In this document: piece by piece, positions 39,901 to 51,455 of the stretch
Position numbering within the stretch: the stretch's first letter is position 1
Layout: every line of letters begins with the position of its first letter
Assembly (NCBI GenBank): GCA_043228905.1
Contig: JBHGNT010000013.1
Coordinates: forward strand, 4,960,001-5,024,000
Source: Azolla caroliniana
Lineage: Eukaryota > Plantae > Polypodiophyta
DNA: 64,000 nt
Reading direction: 5' to 3'
Translations under genes and position numbers: made by a program
The notes under the pieces: generated by a model
Told to the model about the DNA's origin: nothing
What the model saw: the letters and a program-made list of their open reading frames with translations, nothing else
Databases searched by the model: none

Positions 39901-41846
39901 GCAATATTCCGCAAATTCCTGTCAAATCGAACACTACTAAAGTTGTTCGAAGAGGTTCCATAATTGCTTCAAGAAAAATATCTTTTATTTAATTTTTCAT
40001 CAGGTATTGTCTTGGAAATTTAAAGTTGTAAATTCTGAAATCGGATCACAAATTGTGACACCGTCTCATGTTGTTCTTGGTATGCCTCATAGAATTGATA
40101 GATCAGATCCTTTTGTGGGACCTATCTATGAAACAGTTGTATGAATCTAGTAGTTAATTGTTGGAATGAGTCGAACGCTCTGAGGTCGTTTTGGGATAAC
40201 ACAAACCTAGCAATTTTAGACTTGTCTTTGGCTGCCACCGATAGTTGTTGAGCACCATGGCTACTTTCCCATGTTGTTAAGAAATCCCTAATGTATGTCT
40301 CTACATCAACGCCATCAAGAGATAACACAAACTCAACAATTTTAGACTTGTCTTCGGTTGCTGCCGACAGTTGTTGAGCACCATGATTAATTTCCCATGT
40401 TGTTAAGAAATCTCTAATGTGCGTCTCTACATCAGCGCCATCTCGATACTTTGAGTAAGGCATATTGTCGTCACCCCAAATGTCATAGAAAGAAACTTCT
40501 TCGGACTTACCTTCGTCTGAAGAATTTTTAGTTAAATCGGGAATTGAGGACCACTCCTGATCCGCATGTTGCTACTGCGTAGGTTGACAATTATCAACCG
40601 GATCCACTACGGTTTGAGTTATTGAGCGTGCCGAGGACGTTTACAACCTACCAGGGTTTCTGGACTAGGAAACATCCATTCGAACTTGTTCTCTATTGAA
40701 TGCAAATGAAATTAGGCGTACCAAAATTATTCTATTGTTCGACCAACGGTCGACTACTAAGACCGACAACACAATAAGGTCAAACGTTCTATACTGAATG
40801 TTCTATCAAGAATATGTGGAGTACAAATGGAACGTAACAAAAATTACTAGGTAACTTACGATATCATATTTATGTATCATAATCGACTGATTGAAATAAT
40901 ATAGTTGCCAGCAGAATAAGACTGAGTCGAATACATAAGAGATTACTCAGCACAAAGGCAACACATATTTCTACTAACTAATAACTATATTAAACTCAAA
41001 ACGGAACAATGGTTTTACAATGTCTTTGGCTCCTTTTTACAAGTAACCGACAGACAGACTTATCAAGAATTATATCTTGCCTCGTCTGTAAGAACTATCC
41101 AAAACTTCCAACTAACTTTAAACACGTTCCCATTCACAAGTGGAAGGCTTGTGCATTCCACTTGTAGATTCTTCTTGAAAATATCCAAATATACCCTCTA
41201 ATAAAATGAGCTGTACTTGTAACCATATTAATAAAATGAGTTATAATTTATACTTTGATCCATACTCCTATGTATATAATTGTGGACAATGTAAGATAGT
41301 GAACTTTAGGATAATGTGATTGAAATAACAAACCTATTAAGGCTTTCAATACTTGTACTAAAGTTGAGCTAATCTATTCCGTAGGTGATGAACATGGGAT
41401 CAAAGTCCGAACGATAACGCTAGTGGAATAGAAGACAAAGATCCATAATAGTTTGATAATTAAGAACACCTACACATTATAGGTAGCAATAGAAGACAAA
41501 GATACATAATATATGGACTGTAACAGTATATTAGACACGGTATGACGGTCTCGATAATTGATCTCAATTAACGACATGGATAGTCATGGCGACAATTCTA
41601 CGAGCATATTATGTTTAGTTAAAGTTTACCGATATCAGCCTTAACATAAACTAATTCACGTTTCTCCATATTTACAGTCAGCAATACATGCGGTGAAACT
41701 GATGTCATAAGTCAACAAACCAAGTATACAGAAATAAAATTGAAACATATAGAAGAATATAAAGAATGGAGTACACCAAGTACAACCCAAAATTTGTATT
41801 AGTAATTTAAATTCATTACATTACAGTTCATCAACAAAAGAGTCTA

Positions 41847-44800
41847 TCACATAGCAATCAAATAGTCAACGTCATTATCTTCTTCATCCCTTATAGAAGT
41901 CTCTTCAGCTATAAGTGCATTGTCTTCCCTTGTTAGCCGAGCCGCCGTAAGACCTTCTATAAGTTCATCCTCAAGCTCAATTAGCTCCCACGGTTCCCTA
42001 GCTAACAGAGGAATAGGCTCTCGTGAATTAGGTTGAAACCTTTCGATATCATCGATGTGCTTTGCATCGACCTCCTCGTCCTAGTCTGGGCATTCCCACA
42101 AGGCCTTAATCCTCATATTTTTAAATATAACCTGCTCCTCGTCCTTCTCCAATGCAACAATGTTTTGGAAGAGCTTCAATGCACATGTAGACATTGTCCC
42201 TGTGAAGAAAGCGACAAGAAGAATTAGTTTTCAAACAAAAAAGAATCAGTATTGATTATCTCAACAACATAAACCTAGTTCGAGGAATACCTATGCTAGA
42301 AAACAGGTCTAATATCCAATCTCCTTCTACAAAGAACATTGTGATCAGGTGCATCATAAGTCATTGAGGTTTTTGGTATGGATTGACAAGTCCCCATTCT
42401 ATCATGGTGACATGTCGCAATTTTCGTGTCACTGCTGGATATACCAGCAGATTTGAACCTCCGACTTCATTAGAATGCTCCTTGATTCTTTGTTTCTTTA
42501 TTTCATCGAAGTAGCCAACTGTAATGTACTCAATGGCATTTATGAACTGAAAGGTTGGCCCTCAATTGACGTTGGTTTTTATCCTATAACAAATATTGTA
42601 TCGAGTTAAGAATAGATTCAATAAATTAAGAAAGGAAGTATAGTGAATGAGACTTATAAATAATCCTTACCAAGCAAGGTTCTCGATGCCATGGCAACGA
42701 GATCTCAAATCTTGAGCTACCAAGTACCCTTGGTCCATACTCTGAAACACAACTATCCTCCACAAGGATGTAGTTGCTAGCTCAGCAAAATCCTTGACCA
42801 TTTTCTCTAATTGTTTGAACCTAAAAGGTTCATCGTCGTATGATGACCCTGCCATTTGAAATCCGTATGGATTATCTACAATCATTAGCATATATTCTTT
42901 CTTTGGCATTTTCTGGATCATGTCAAGGACATCGCAACAAATCACATTGTAGTAAAGATCTTTGGTAATGTCTTTCTTGTGGCTAAATTTTTTGAAAGAG
43001 CCATCTACTTCAATTTCGTACGCCTTGACTAACCGACGATGGTTTTCTTTTCTAGCTCTCTCGAGATGTGCAAGGAAGGATGTTGGAAAATCGTGTATAT
43101 CATTGACTTCTCTTGGTTTCTTGCCACGACACGGTTTCTAATAGAGGCAATAAGACATCGAGTATTATTACACAACCTCTACATAGAAAGAAAACTTTAT
43201 TAAAAAGACCAATACTAACCCAATCCTTGAATGCAATAAAATACTTGGATAACGCCTTATATGAAGACGTTAGAGGGTAATCCTCGATCACTTGTTCCCA
43301 GGTTATATATCCAAGTTGTTTCATCATAACTTCTTGGATCTTCATATACACCTTATGACTGTGAAATCACAAATAGAGATTAGAACTTTATATAAAACCA
43401 TATTTGTTTCAATTAGCTATTTGAGAAGACTTACTTATTGAACTCAGTGACCATTTCTTCAAGGCTTAATTCTTTCGCTACAAACCTTGACAAAACAAAC
43501 ACCAGAAGCTGCTCCTCCTTAATGCCTTGCATTGCTCTCCACAGAGATAGCTTCATGTTGTCAGCCGCTTCTTCAATAGTCAAATCAATTTTCTTCGCCG
43601 CTTGTGACTTTAATTCAAGTTATGGGTCTACCTTACATTTCTTCTGTCTTTGACCCTTGACCTCCTTATTCTCCCACATCGAAAAAAATTGATCTTGTAG
43701 GTCCCACACTTTTCCATCTCTAAAGGCAAGTTGAAACCATGACTCATATTTACGAAGACCATCCAACTTAGCATTATCATCCACCACAATGCCAACCTCA
43801 TGAAGGCATTCCTGCTGTAAGCCGAGGTGTAACTATACACCGAACTTTTGTTTGACATCCAGGTATTCATGGTGGAAGAATCTTATCCATTCGATGGATG
43901 ACATTTTCTACCTATAGTCGTTGTCATTGTTGTGGTCCCATGCCAAGAGCTTTGCTCTCTTCACTTGTGAGGCCCACGTATATTTTGCACTCGGCATACT
44001 TGAAGAAGAAAGTGGTTGGGTGCTCTCTAACAAGTTGTCGGCTTGCTTCAGCCGAATGTGATCCACCAATTACAAAGTAATTGTATTGATCATGCTTCCT
44101 CACGTCAAAGTTCTCAGTTGTGGAACCTTCTTCGGGATCCACCATTACAATAAAAGGCACAACTATAGCATGTGGATTTATTTTCATTTTTTCTTGAGAT
44201 TTTGAACATGCATTCGGTGAGGCTCGCTAATCTCAAATGGTCTTCGTCCTGTTTTCACATCTACTAGTGGTCTATGAATGTGTGTTATAGGCAAATTGAA
44301 GACTTGCCCTTTTCTCACCAGTTTCCGCTGCATGAACTCTCTGCGAATCTTATTCTGCACAGATGACAAGACACCGGATGCTAGATTGATGATTCAGAGT
44401 CTGACATTTTTGTCATCTTCTTTTTTGCCAGTCTCAATTGCACCTTTGAGGCCCTTTTTGGGGCCTTTACCAAGGATGGAGAGGCATCCCTTAGAGTTAT
44501 GTGGCCTTGTATATATGGTCTCAAGGTTACAATTAGATTTTGTGAACTCTCAAGATCGAGTTTAAAAGACTTAGGCCCACAGCACTTCTTAACAAGCCGG
44601 TCTTCTGAGAGGTACACTTTACGTACTCCATTAGAGCAGTCTGTCATGACAAGAATGTTGAGGGAATCAAAATTTTCATAGTCAAATCGTAAAATATGGC
44701 CATACAGAAAGGGAGTATCTTTTTCAAGGTGACCGTTGCCCTTCTTCTTTGCAATATACAACATGACTTTCTTCTTCGAATCGACATACTTCATACACCA

Positions 44801-45030
44801 TTCATTGTCTGTTAGGTTACGGCCAAGAAGGTCCTCACCACCAGGAGCTGCTAAAATCTTTCTCTAGTAAACTTCATCATATTATTGAGATTTGGTCTCC
44901 GCGTTGAAGACAAGATTCTTACCTCTCATCATGTTATGGGTAACTACTTGTTTCTGGGTCTCTACCGGAGAGCCCTAATATCGGAGCTTAATTTTCTTAA
45001 CAAGTCGGTCCGATAAGTTCTCTAACGACC
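41847..45030 (-). pseudogene. Intron-containing ParB-like domain plus beta-class N6A/N4C DNA methyltransferase gene (decayed)
   Basis: ParB/Srx-like YFVIGGSHSAEA (~44040-44075). MTase motifs VICCDVLDM...LMIVDNPYG (DNPY 42865-42876), LAW|IKTN, VNPYQKP, EGDWILDLFSSI|GT and NIVALEKD. GT-AG introns at 43359-43434, 43138-43219, 42584-42670 and 42200-42290 join these motifs in frame. Confidence 0.82.
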
Positions 45031-45234
45031 TATTTAAGACAAGAAGTGGGAAAATATATGTTAGTTGGGTCCTCAGATATAGGCTACCAAACAAAATTAC
45101 CATAGGTAGACTAAGACTAACATTGGGAAGCAACTTGTGTCAGTCCATTTATTTCAATTAATGTTAGAGGTAAAAATAATAGACCTTTATTGTAGATGAC
45201 AAATTGTTACATCCTATTTAACTTGGAAAATTAT

Positions 45235-45385
45235 AATTCTTAAGAATTTTGCGAGGACATATTTCATATCGAGGCGTAGGTAAAGGTCATATTGATATCA
45301 TAACCCTAATTCTTAAGAATTTTGCTAGGAAATGTTTCATATTGGAGCTTAGGTAAGGTCACATTGATATCGTAACCCTAATTTG
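45235..45385. repeat. Two-copy ~73-bp direct repeat
   Basis: AATTCTTAAGAATTTTGC...TAGGTAA(A)GGTCAYATTGATATCRTAACCCT occurs twice in tandem. Confidence 0.8.
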
Positions 45386-45550
45386 TTTGATATTTTCTAG
45401 TGTTTTAATCAACTTTAGGTCAAGTTCCCTATTTCAACAATGGTGCTAAATGTTACAAAATCAAGTAATTTTTTTTAAAAATGTCTTAATTTGCCATCTA
45501 TATTGGTGTCTAGACACACATTTGCCAATAATTTTTCGAAAACACACTAT

Positions 45551-45661
45551 TCGATACGGCGTATCGAGTTTCTGTTTAAAGTAGTGGTTTTTAAATAAGA
45601 ACTCGATGTCCCGCATTGAGTTCCTTTCTAAAACCCTCTACTGTAACCAGAAACTCAATAC
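45551..45661. repeat. Nested imperfect inverted repeat (foldback)
   Basis: Arm GTATCGAGTTTCTGTTTAAAGTAGTGGTTTTTAAATAAGAACTCGATG pairs with the rc of 45614-45661. The motif AT(C/T)GAGTT alternates in orientation. Confidence 0.7.
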
Positions 45662-45663
45662 AG

Positions 45664-48600
45664 TGTCGTGCCTTTCGGCGTCAGATCGTTTGCGTGAGTC
45701 AGGTGGGAACCGCTAGGTTTTTGGACTAGGTTGCGAATCCCACAAGTATAATATATTTTATTAATCAGTATTTAGATAAGAATATGTATTTAGATTGAAA
45801 GAAAGATATAAGAAACTTGTGAATCCCACAAGTATAGATTATATTATTTTCGTGAATCCCACGATTATATTAATTTTGTTGGTGTTTTCAAAAATATATC
45901 CAATTTCCAAGTATTTCACACACCTATTACATTGTGCTCCCCATCCTTATATAGTGATGAGTGAGTCTTAACAATCCATGCTTTTTCTCTAATAATAGAC
46001 TATATGCTTTATCTAAAGTGATGCTTTTTCTAACTTGTGCGTTATTTTTATCAACTATAGCGTTCGTGCACGCTAGATGTGCATGCGTAGTTTTTTTTTC
46101 TTTTAACTAAAGTTTATCCTAGGTGAACTAACCTTTCTATATGGAACATCTACTTTTTAATGCTAATGAAATGCTAGTGCAATAGTAAAACATTACATTA
46201 TTAACATGGAGGTGCAAGGTTCGAATCTTGCCCTATGCATGTAATGCTTATTTTGATATTTTCTTCTCTCTTTTTTTTCATATTTATTCAATCGGTTATT
46301 TTATATTATTTTCACGTAGTGTACGAAATACACTACGACACTCGCCCCCTCCGAACCCGCACATCCTCCGGCATGTGCCGAAGTTGTCGGTGATTGTTAG
46401 CCTTCTCCGTCCAGTCTCCGCCAGGTTGGTTTCGTCACTGGTCGTTTTCGGTTGTCGGCTCCGTCCGGTCGCCAGTTTTCAGTTGCTTGCTCTGCCCGGT
46501 TTCCGGTTACCGACCCTCGTAATTCTCCTTTACTTGTAGTACCCTCCATTTCTCTCGCTATGTCGACTTTGTCTCTCCATTTTGAGCACAACCATTCTTT
46601 CCACCCAACCCATTTTCCCCATCCAATCCACCATAGTCTTCGTTCACTCTTTGCATAGCCATGGCCGATTGTCGCGGCTCCTCGTGCTCCTCTTGAGCAT
46701 AACCATTCATGTCTTGTCAAAATTGCTTGGCCGGCTTGGTTCTTGTTATCCGTGGTAGTGCCTTTCCTTGGCCTCGTCCTTGTCATTATCAATGTCGATT
46801 TCTTTTCGAATCTCCGGTTGAGTCGGATTAGCTTCTTTCCGAATAGGTGTCATCCAATCGTCTTTCGGTTGGATCGGCTTCCGTTTCGATTCGTATTCGG
46901 CCGATTCGGCCGATGCAGACTCGGTTGATCGGTTTTTACCGATTCGGCCCCCTTTCGGGTCGGTTTCGACCGATCGTTTTCCGTCCGTATTTGCTTCCTT
47001 TTCCTCATTTTCACCAGCCTCGACCGGTTCAACCTCTGGCACTTCTTTTCGGATCGGTCTCGTCTGGTCGGCTTTCGGTTGGAATGATTTCCGTCCACGT
47101 CAAACTCGACGAATCAGATTTTGTCCGAATCCACTTCCACTAGCTTTAGCTTTCATTTAGACCGGAATTCCGGCCGGATCATCTTCCGTCCGGACCCACT
47201 TTCGGCCTTACATTCTTTGCTCCCACCTCCCGTCTCTCAGGTCTCACGTTGGTTCTCAGACACAACCGCCGAAGTCTCTAGAATTAGTGGGTAGGAATCC
47301 TTGGTATTATCGTCCTCCATCGTTTCACCCATAGCCACCTTCTCAGCTATCTCTCCGTCGTATGCATCGGCTTCGACCTTTGTTTTCTCTCTGCCACCTT
47401 CTGTCTCTTCGGTCTCACATTGCCTTTCGAACACAACCACCGGAGTCTCTGGAATTAGTGGTCAGAAAGTCTCGATATGGCCATCTGCCATTGATTCGTC
47501 CATGGCCACCTCCAATTCGATGTCATCTTTTGTGGCGACCTCCTCAATCAAGTCCACCTTGCACTCTTTATCTCCCTCGATCATGCAAGCATCGACTATG
47601 CTTACCCCTTTCTCACCCAATGTTTCGGACACTTGTATTCCGAAACCTTCTTCTACTCTTGAAGTGGTGTTCGCCACTCTTAGGTTATCGGCCTTATCCT
47701 TGGTCATCGTTCTTTCCCAGCATAAGAGGGTAGCTTGTTTCACACCCTCTTCTGTGGTACCATCATGTTGTATTTCGGCCTTCATATCGGCTACATCGTT
47801 TGTCGTCAATCAACCATCCTTCATGGGCCATGTTGTTGTTGACAAGATTCTCATCTTCCTCTCATCATGTCTCCGGCATACCCTTTCGACTTCGGCCCAA
47901 TCCTTGGTAAGACCATTCACACCATCATCGTCTTCGATTTCGATCCCGATGTCCATCCTTTCTTTCCGATCAATCGATTTTACGAACATTAGGACTTTAT
48001 CTACCCCCACCAATCTTTTTTCCCGCTTTGAGAATTGAGCAAAACAATACTCAAACTCTAAGAATGCTAGTGTAGTAGTTCGGTGGGTCTTCGTCGATGC
48101 CACCCACTGGTCAAACTCGCATCGATCTCGTCCCGTCGATCTCTCGTAGTCATACTTCTCCAATAGTGCTTTCTCAAAGGACACCCACGTTGTGTTCTGT
48201 TGTCGTATCTCATATATGCTCTCTTCCAGCTCGTCCGAGGCCACCCGACTGAAGGATATCACTTGCAATCCTTCCGGTATCTCACATCACATCATCTCCG
48301 CCTTATAGTCACATAGATAGCGTGACACATCCTTTCCGTTAAATTCCCCATTTTGTTGCACAAGCCGCTCTACATCTGCCTTCATCTCCGACATCATACG
48401 TTGTTCTTGTTGCATTCGCTCAATCATCATCATCGTCATCATGTTCATCGCCTCCTGTTGATTCTCCATCTCCTTGCCACCCGTCTTCATGTCGGGTTCA
48501 CCACTTGTGTCGTGCCTTTCGGCGTCAGATCGTTTGCGTGAGTCAGGTGGGAACCGTTGGGGTTTTGGATATAAGAAAGATTGAAAGAAAGATATAAGAA

Positions 48601-48848
48601 ACTTGTGAATCCCACAAGTATAGATTATATTATTTTCGTGAATCCCACGATTATATTAATTGGTTGGTGTTTTCGGAAATATATCCAATTTCCAAGTATT
48701 TCACACACCTATTACATTGTGCTCCCCATCCTTATATAGTGATGAGTGAGTCTTAACAATCCATGCTTTTTCTCTAATAATAGACTATATGCTTTATCTA
48801 AAGTGATGTCTTTTCTAACTTGTGCGTTTTGTTTTATCAACTATAGCT
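45664..48848 (-). mobile_element. Non-autonomous relative (A') of Gypsy family A, nested in the TIR transposon
   Basis: 3' LTR 45664-46340, PPT rc 46341-46352, Trp PBS rc 48487-48503, truncated 5' LTR 48508-~48848. The interior is a decayed gag plus acidic low-complexity sequence, with no pol. Confidence 0.87.
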
Positions 48849-49129
48849 TTTATGTCTCGATATATTTGGTCATATTATACTATATGTATAAAGTAAATTT
48901 AATTTTAATTATAGACTATAGGATTAATAAGGTATAAAATATAATTTATGGACATTATACTAACTAGTGTATATAGTTATTAATATAATTAATAAAATTA
49001 TTATATAAATAATAATATCTTTCTTTATTGAGGGAGCTTTTGTTTATAGAGGGGCTTATCATTTGTTTCAATCTCTGATATTAGCCTAAGCACATAACTT
49101 GGAGAGCTTTGTGTTGACCTTAAGCCATG

Positions 49130-49290
49130 AGTGAAGACTCACTGTTTTCGATTGAAGAATATTGCTTGTCATCAGACTCATCGTTTTCTACCGAAGAGTA
49201 TTGTCTATCAACAGACTCACCGTTTTCTATCAAAGAATATTCTCTGTCGACAGACTCACCGTTTTCCATCGAAGAATATTATCTGAGCTC
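49130..49290 (+). repeat. 39-bp minisatellite x4 (SxDSPFSIEEYxL)
   Basis: CAGACTCACCGTTTTCYATCGAAGAATATT-like unit repeated in frame at the start of the transposase. Confidence 0.85.
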
Positions 49291-50610
49291 ATCTTCTCCT
49301 AAAACTCATGTGAAGAGTTCTCTATTGAAGAATACGATATGAATAAACATACTGACAATGAAGGTAATGCCAATGAAACATCGAAGATCATGGGCAAGCA
49401 ACCTAACAACAAAGAAATTGATTGTAACGTGGTTACCCCAATTTCTAGGCAAGAGGTGAAATCAGGAAACCCTATGCATATTAGAAGAATCGCACGTAGA
49501 ATTCATTTGGCCAGATTTAACTTGGTGACATCAGATAAGCAACTTGGATTTGATGTCAACAAAATATGTTCTGGTCGTGGATGTATGTCAAAGATTGGAA
49601 AATCACAGTTGCGAGAATTAAGGCGTTATTATTTTTCGATGACTGATGATGAGCAAGACACTTACCTCAGCTCACATATGCAACTGGTGTCTGACAAATC
49701 TTCGGGGATCAAAGTATCATTCGAGTATTATATCTTCCATGCGCAACAGATATGTAGAGTTGCATTCAAAATTGCACTAGTTGTTAGTAACATGCAGCTA
49801 CATAGAGTACAACAATGTCTTCTTAGAGTATTATATCTTCCATGCGCAACAGATATGTAGAGTTGCATTCAAAATTGCGTTATGTGCTAGTAACATGCGG
49901 CTACATAGAGTACAACAATGCCTTCTTAGCGGGGATCAAATGCTCAATTGTAAAGAGGTTCCAAGTATGAAAGGTGCAATTGGAAGACATGCTATTGGTT
50001 CGATGAAAAGTTACTTTCAGTTAAATTGTGAAGTAATGCCCACTACAGGCAGGATGCACCTCTTTGATAATTACGCACGTCAGAAAGTGTATGATGTCTA
50101 TCGATTAGATATGGTGGACTCAAGTAATAAATATGTCACATACAGCCAATTCACAAGATTGTGGAGAGCATGGTTTTCAAATGTTATTATTCCGCATACA
50201 GTACGCATGGGGTATTGCTCAATTTGTGCAAATCTTAAAAGTTTGGTTAATGGTGCGAAGACATCAATGGAAAAGGATATTAGTAAGAAGTTACTACAGG
50301 AGCATCGTGAGGCACAATCGTTAGAACGAAAGAAGGCGATGCATCATAGAGAAGTGTTTGAAGAGGCCCGAACAATACATGTACTTAATGATCGATGGCA
50401 TGGACCAGAAGAAGACGTGCTTGCCGCATATGCAGAGGCTCCCCAAATACATCAATGATGAGTGCCTTGTTCAAATGCACTTGGTGGGATGCTTGGCTTA
50501 TAATAGGTCAGTTGGACCTCACGTCTTCATTACATACCCCAATGTTCACAATGACCATAACCTAACAGTTACAATGATTCACCGAGTTTTGATGTCTTCG
50601 GGCCAACCGT

Positions 50611-51455
50611 TGTTGTGTTGTAAATACTTGTGCTCAACAAAGTGGTTGGAAGATAGTAAAATATGGACACAAGCTAGTTATGACACTTTAGGCATGATGG
50701 TGGATGCTTTAGTCGAAGGTAGATGTGAGGAATCAAGATGAATTGATGTGACATAATCAAAGAGTGCCTTTACAATAGGCAGTCAATGTTTTGGTCGTAA
50801 TATTTCAAGGGAATATTGGATTTCAATAAATAAACATTCTTTGGAAAGCTACAAATGTCTAGAAGGGTTTGTGGATAGAATCAAGCGTCTTCATACCCAA
50901 AATAGAAGATCTATCGGTTACATGCAAAGGAAAGTGGTTGAAGTGTTACATGTGCGACACGTGGCAAGATACATGCAAGAACTAACAATTAAGCCCCTAT
51001 TGTATATAAGTATGAGATTGAAAGCCTTGAGAATAGGATAGCCATAGAATATCTCTCTTTATGTAGTGTGTGATTTTATATCTGTCTTCTTAATAAATAC
51101 TCTATTCTCCTTTCCTCTTTTCATAGATTATGATACATATCTTTGTCAATTCCAATCTCCTATTTGTTGTACATGAATGAATATCATAAAATATTGTAAA
51201 CCCTCTTTGGTGTAGTGAGAATATTATATATATATAATCTTATCAACTCTTGATATAGATCCTCCCCTTTCATATTTCTTCATTGATTGTCTTTGTCATA
51301 CCCATTCATCTCTTTTTCTGTTTGTGGTCTATGATGATGATGTTTGTGGTCTTTCTTAAACTCAAAGATGTTGTTATGGTGCCCTATGATGATGTGCCTT
51401 GTGTATTTCTAGATGTATTGTGCTAGAGTTTTGAGAGGCAAATTCTTGTGCAACA
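50611..51455. mobile_element. Probable solo LTR inside the transposase
   Basis: TGTTG...CAACA termini, imperfect TSD CCGT/CCTT, AT-rich with a TATA-like motif. It separates ...SSGQP from PPVLYIQLDN. Confidence 0.7.

Larger units (their letters stand above)
18577..39924 (+). mobile_element. Copia family-D element D1 (RT deleted), containing nested elements
   Basis: LTRs 18577-18959 (internally deleted) and 39314-39924; TSD AATCG; tRNA-iMet PBS TGGTATCAGAGC 18963-18974; PPT GAAGGGGGAG ~39302. gag/PR/INT remnants at 18990-19067 and 37192-39300. Confidence 0.92.

Noticed and set aside
40190-40445. ~126-bp duplication in gag of family B as a functional repeat
   Set aside because: A local tandem duplication in an already decayed pseudogene.
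41847-45030. Bacterial contamination, or an intact host methyltransferase gene
   Set aside because: It has spliceosomal introns, sits inside TIRs nested among plant retroelements, and carries multiple stops and frameshifts.
47301-48038. 245-aa Ser-rich ORF on + and similar antisense ORFs elsewhere
   Set aside because: Shadow frames opposite purine-rich retroelement coding strands.
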